From: Phaeosaccion multiseriatum
Lineage: Eukaryota > Protista > Ochrophyta, other classes
Direction: 5' to 3'
Assembly (NCBI GenBank): GCA_965112735.1
Contig: OZ218963.1
Span: 3,264,160 to 3,328,159 of the forward strand
DNA: 64,000 nucleotides
The position numbers and the translations under genes were made by a program. This document shows positions 58,501-64,000 of this stretch, one piece after another; position 1 is the first letter of the stretch; every line of letters starts with the position of its first letter. Under the pieces are notes generated by a model. That model was not told the DNA's origin, did not search any database, and worked only from the letters and a program-made list of their open reading frames with translations.

Positions 58501-61500
58501 GCCAGGCCAGGCCAGGCCAGGCCAGGCCAGGCCAGGCCAGGCCAGGCCAGGCCAGGCCAGGCCAGGCCAGGCCAGGCCAGGCCAGGCCAGGCCAGGCCAG
58601 GCCAGGCCAGGCCAGGCCAGGCCAGGCCAGGCCAGGCCAGGCCAGGCCAGGCCAGGCCAGGCCAGGCCAGGCCAGGCCAGGCCAGGCCAGGCCAGGCCAG
58701 GCCAGGCCAGGCCAGGCCAGGCCAGGCCAGGCCAGGCCAGGCCAGGCCAGGCCAGGCCAGGCCAGGCCAGGCCAGGCCAGGCCAGGCCAGGCCAGGCCAG
58801 GCCAGGCCAGGCCAGGCCAGGCCAGGCCAGGCCAGGCCAGGCCAGGCCAGGCCAGGCCAGGCCAGGCCAGGCCAGGCCAGGCCAGGCCAGGCCAGGCCAG
58901 GCCAGGCCAGGCCAGGCCAGGCCAGGCCAGGCCAGGCCAGGCCAGGCCAGGCCAGGCCAGGCCAGGCCAGGCCAGGCCAGGCCAGGCCAGGCCAGGCCAG
59001 GCCAGGCCAGGCCAGGCCAGGCCAGGCCAGGCCAGGCCAGGCCAGGCCAGGCCAGGCCAGGCCAGGCCAGGCCAGGCCAGGCCAGGCCAGGCCAGGCCAG
59101 GCCAGGCCAGGCCAGGCCAGGCCAGGCCAGGCCAGGCCAGGCCAGGCCAGGCCAGGCCAGGCCAGGCCAGGCCAGGCCAGGCCAGGCCAGGCCAGGCCAG
59201 GCCAGGCCAGGCCAGGCCAGGCCAGGCCAGGCCAGGCCAGGCCAGGCCAGGCCAGGCCAGGCCAGGCCAGGCCAGGCCAGGCCAGGCCAGGCCAGGCCAG
59301 GCCAGGCCAGGCCAGGCCAGGCCAGGCCAGGCCAGGCCAGGCCAGGCCAGGCCAGGCCAGGCCAGGCCAGGCCAGGCCAGGCCAGGCCAGGCCAGGCCAG
59401 GCCAGGCCAGGCCAGGCCAGGCCAGGCCAGGCCAGGCCAGGCCAGGCCAGGCCAGGCCAGGCCAGGCCAGGCCAGGCCAGGCCAGGCCAGGCCAGGCCAG
59501 GCCAGGCCAGGCCAGGCCAGGCCAGGCCAGGCCAGGCCAGGCCAGGCCAGGCCAGGCCAGGCCAGGCCAGGCCAGGCCAGGCCAGGCCAGGCCAGGCCAG
59601 GCCAGGCCAGGCCAGGCCAGGCCAGGCCAGGCCAGGCCAGGCCAGGCCAGGCCAGGCCAGGCCAGGCCAGGCCAGGCCAGGCCAGGCCAGGCCAGGCCAG
59701 GCCAGGCCAGGCCAGGCCAGGCCAGGCCAGGCCAGGCCAGGCCAGGCCAGGCCAGGCCAGGCCAGGCCAGGCCAGGCCAGGCCAGGCCAGGCCAGGCCAG
59801 GCCAGGCCAGGCCAGGCCAGGCCAGGCCAGGCCAGGCCAGGCCAGGCCAGGCCAGGCCAGGCCAGGCCAGGCCAGGCCAGGCCAGGCCAGGCCAGGCCAG
59901 GCCAGGCCAGGCCAGGCCAGGCCAGGCCAGGCCAGGCCAGGCCAGGCCAGGCCAGGCCAGGCCAGGCCAGGCCAGGCCAGGCCAGGCCAGGCCAGGCCAG
60001 GCCAGGCCAGGCCAGGCCAGGCCAGGCCAGGCCAGGCCAGGCCAGGCCAGGCCAGGCCAGGCCAGGCCAGGCCAGGCCAGGCCAGGCCAGGCCAGGCCAG
60101 GCCAGGCCAGGCCAGGCCAGGCCAGGCCAGGCCAGGCCAGGCCAGGCCAGGCCAGGCCAGCCAGGCCAGGCCAGGCCAGGCCAGGCCAGGCCAGGCCAGG
60201 CCAGGCCAGGCCAGGCCAGGCCAGGCCAGGCCAGGCCAGGCCAGGCCAGGCCAGGCCAGGCCAGGCCAGGCCAGGCCAGGCCAGGCCAGGCCAGGCCAGG
60301 CCAGGCCAGGCCAGGCCAGGCCAGGCCAGGCCAGGCCAGGCCAGGCCAGGCCAGGCCAGGCCAGGCCAGGCCAGGCCAGGCCAGGCCAGGCCAGGCCAGG
60401 CCAGGCCAGGCCAGGCCAGGCCAGGCCAGGCCAGGCCAGGCCAGGCCAGGCCAGGCCAGGCCAGGCCAGGCCAGGCCAGGCCAGGCCAGGCCAGGCCAGG
60501 CCAGGCCAGGCCAGGCCAGGCCAGGCCAGGCCAGGCCAGGCCAGGCCAGGCCAGGCCAGGCCAGGCCAGGCCAGGCCAGGCCAGGCCAGGCCAGGCCAGG
60601 CCAGGCCAGGCCAGGCCAGGCCAGGCCAGGCCAGGCCAGGCCAGGCCAGGCCAGGCCAGGCCAGGCCAGGCCAGGCCAGGCCAGGCCAGGCCAGGCCAGG
60701 CCAGGCCAGGCCAGGCCAGGCCAGGCCAGGCCAGGCCAGGCCAGGCCAGGCCAGGCCAGGCCAGGCCAGGCCAGGCCAGGCCAGGCCAGGCCAGGCCAGG
60801 CCAGGCCAGGCCAGGCCAGGCCAGGCCAGGCCAGGCCAGGCCAGGCCAGGCCAGGCCAGGCCAGGCCAGGCCAGGCCAGGCCAGGCCAGGCCAGGCCAGG
60901 CCAGGCCAGGCCAGGCCAGGCCAGGCCAGGCCAGGCCAGGCCAGGCCAGGCCAGGCCAGGCCAGGCCAGGCCAGGCCAGGCCAGGCCAGGCCAGGCCAGG
61001 CCAGGCCAGGCCAGGCCAGGCCAGGCCAGGCCAGGCCAGGCCAGGCCAGGCCAGGCCAGGCCAGGCCAGGCCAGGCCAGGCCAGGCCAGGCCAGGCCAGG
61101 CCAGGCCAGGCCAGGCCAGGCCAGGCCAGGCCAGGCCAGGCCAGGCCAGGCCAGGCCAGGCCAGGCCAGGCCAGGCCAGGCCAGGCCAGGCCAGGCCAGG
61201 CCAGGCCAGGCCAGGCCAGGCCAGGCCAGGCCAGGCCAGGCCAGGCCAGGCCAGGCCAGGCCAGGCCAGGCCAGGCCAGGCCAGGCCAGGCCAGGCCAGG
61301 CCAGGCCAGGCCAGGCCAGGCCAGGCCAGGCCAGGCCAGGCCAGGCCAGGCCAGGCCAGGCCAGGCCAGGCCAGGCCAGGCCAGGCCAGGCCAGGCCAGG
61401 CCAGGCCAGGCCAGGCCAGGCCAGGCCAGGCCAGGCCAGGCCAGGCCAGGCCAGGCCAGGCCAGGCCAGGCCAGGCCAGGCCAGGCCAGGCCAGGCCAGG

Positions 61501-64000
61501 CCAGGCCAGGCCAGGCCAGGCCAGGCCAGGCCAGGCCAGGCCAGGCCAGGCCAGGCCAGGCCAGGCCAGGCCAGGCCAGGCCAGGCCAGGCCAGGCCAGG
61601 CCAGGCCAGGCCAGGCCAGGCCAGGCCAGGCCAGGCCAGGCCAGGCCAGGCCAGGCCAGGCCAGGCCAGGCCAGGCCAGGCCAGGCCAGGCCAGGCCAGG
61701 CCAGGCCAGGCCAGGCCAGGCCAGGCCAGGCCAGGCCAGGCCAGGCCAGGCCAGGCCAGGCCAGGCCAGGCCAGGCCAGGCCAGGCCAGGCCAGGCCAGG
61801 CCAGGCCAGGCCAGGCCAGGCCAGGCCAGGCCAGGCCAGGCCAGGCCAGGCCAGGCCAGGCCAGGCCAGGCCAGGCCAGGCCAGGCCAGGCCAGGCCAGG
61901 CCAGGCCAGGCCAGGCCAGGCCAGGCCAGGCCAGGCCAGGCCAGGCCAGGCCAGGCCAGGCCAGGCCAGGCCAGGCCAGGCCAGGCCAGGCCAGGCCAGG
62001 CCAGGCCAGGCCAGGCCAGGCCAGGCCAGGCCAGGCCAGGCCAGGCCAGGCCAGGCCAGGCCAGGCCAGGCCAGGCCAGGCCAGGCCAGGCCAGGCCAGG
62101 CCAGGCCAGGCCAGGCCAGGCCAGGCCAGGCCAGGCCAGGCCAGGCCAGGCCAGGCCAGGCCAGGCCAGGCCAGGCCAGGCCAGGCCAGGCCAGGCCAGG
62201 CCAGGCCAGGCCAGGCCAGGCCAGGCCAGGCCAGGCCAGGCCAGGCCAGGCCAGGCCAGGCCAGGCCAGGCCAGGCCAGGCCAGGCCAGGCCAGGCCAGG
62301 CCAGGCCAGGCCAGGCCAGGCCAGGCCAGGCCAGGCCAGGCCAGGCCAGGCCAGGCCAGGCCAGGCCAGGCCAGGCCAGGCCAGGCCAGGCCAGGCCAGG
62401 CCAGGCCAGGCCAGGCCAGGCCAGGCCAGGCCAGGCCAGGCCAGGCCAGGCCAGGCCAGGCCAGGCCAGGCCAGGCCAGGCCAGGCCAGGCCAGGCCAGG
62501 CCAGGCCAGGCCAGGCCAGGCCAGGCCAGGCCAGGCCAGGCCAGGCCAGGCCAGGCCAGGCCAGGCCAGGCCAGGCCAGGCCAGGCCAGGCCAGGCCAGG
62601 CCAGGCCAGGCCAGGCCAGGCCAGGCCAGGCCAGGCCAGGCCAGGCCAGGCCAGGCCAGGCCAGGCCAGGCCAGGCCAGGCCAGGCCAGGCCAGGCCAGG
62701 CCAGGCCAGGCCAGGCCAGGCCAGGCCAGGCCAGGCCAGGCCAGGCCAGGCCAGGCCAGGCCAGGCCAGGCCAGGCCAGGCCAGGCCAGGCCAGGCCAGG
62801 CCAGGCCAGGCCAGGCCAGGCCAGGCCAGGCCAGGCCAGGCCAGGCCAGGCCAGGCCAGGCCAGGCCAGGCCAGGCCAGGCCAGGCCAGGCCAGGCCAGG
62901 CCAGGCCAGGCCAGGCCAGGCCAGGCCAGGCCAGGCCAGGCCAGGCCAGGCCAGGCCAGGCCAGGCCAGGCCAGGCCAGGCCAGGCCAGGCCAGGCCAGG
63001 CCAGGCCAGGCCAGGCCAGGCCAGGCCAGGCCAGGCCAGGCCAGGCCAGGCCAGGCCAGGCCAGGCCAGGCCAGGCCAGGCCAGGCCAGGCCAGGCCAGG
63101 CCAGGCCAGGCCAGGCCAGGCCAGGCCAGGCCAGGCCAGGCCAGGCCAGGCCAGGCCAGGCCAGGCCAGGCCAGGCCAGGCCAGGCCAGGCCAGGCCAGG
63201 CCAGGCCAGGCCAGGCCAGGCCAGGCCAGGCCAGGCCAGGCCAGGCCAGGCCAGGCCAGGCCAGGCCAGGCCAGGCCAGGCCAGGCCAGGCCAGGCCAGG
63301 CCAGGCCAGGCCAGGCCAGGCCAGGCCAGGCCAGGCCAGGCCAGGCCAGGCCAGGCCAGGCCAGGCCAGGCCAGGCCAGGCCAGGCCAGGCCAGGCCAGG
63401 CCAGGCCAGGCCAGGCCAGGCCAGGCCAGGCCAGGCCAGGCCAGGCCAGGCCAGGCCAGGCCAGGCCAGGCCAGGCCAGGCCAGGCCAGGCCAGGCCAGG
63501 CCAGGCCAGGCCAGGCCAGGCCAGGCCAGGCCAGGCCAGGCCAGGCCAGGCCAGGCCAGGCCAGGCCAGGCCAGGCCAGGCCAGGCCAGGCCAGGCCAGG
63601 CCAGGCCAGGCCAGGCCAGGCCAGGCCAGGCCAGGCCAGGCCAGGCCAGGCCAGGCCAGGCCAGGCCAGGCCAGGCCAGGCCAGGCCAGGCCAGGCCAGG
63701 CCAGGCCAGGCCAGGCCAGGCCAGGCCAGGCCAGGCCAGGCCAGGCCAGGCCAGGCCAGGCCAGGGCCAGGCCAGGCCAGGCCAGGCCAGGCCAGGCCAG
63801 GCCAGGCCAGGCCAGGCCAGGCCAGGCCAGGCCAGGGCCAGGCCAGGCCAGGGCCAGGCCAGGCCAGGGCCAGGGCCAGGGCCAGGCCAGGGCCAGGCCA
63901 GGCCAGGCCAGGCCAGGGCCAGGCCAGGCCAGGGCCAGGCCAGGCCAGAAGCCAGGGCCAGGCCAGGCCAGGCCAGGCCAGGGGCCAGGGCCAGGGCCAG
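55587..64000 (+). repeat. Terminal telomere-like array: TTAGGG-TTAGG then (CCAGG/CCAGGG)n to window end
   Basis: Begins GGTTAGGGTTAGG then switches to CCAGGG/CCAGG, G-rich strand pointing outward, about 8.4 kb. Confidence 0.85.

Overview
Eukaryotic nuclear DNA: a GC-rich, gene-dense chromosome end with short GT-AG introns. It is most likely from a photosynthetic stramenopile (ochrophyte), inferred from several bipartite signal + Phe-motif plastid presequences. From left to right it carries an FHA + tandem-BRCT MDC1-like gene, a plastid PAP/fibrillin-like gene, a mitochondrial carrier, a plastid protein of unknown function, CK2 alpha, a Ulp1/SENP SUMO protease, ORC1, a decayed piggyBac-like transposase split by a ~1.2 kb pyrimidine tract, SDHB, an EF-hand-containing RelA/SpoT homologue, eEF2, a large multi-domain mRNA-capping gene, a Tim17-family gene and EAF6. 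These are followed by an AT-richer subtelomeric segment with an intronless orphan ORF and a ~8.4 kb terminal (CCAGG)n array that begins as TTAGGG, probably a telomere (possibly miscalled by nanopore basecalling). The standout is the gene at 39743-47196 (-). Its hand-assembled exons join in frame into one polypeptide: S1/OB-like domain, FCP1/NIF-type HAD phosphatase, RNA guanylyltransferase and cap guanine-N7 methyltransferase. This is a candidate trifunctional capping enzyme with a HAD domain where the RNA triphosphatase normally sits. Other notable items are a family of tiny TIR elements that share termini and a GC core but carry different 7-bp repeat doublets, and an RSH with an N-terminal EF-hand. 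Exon structures were inferred by eye from splice signals and reading-frame phase; no database searches were run.
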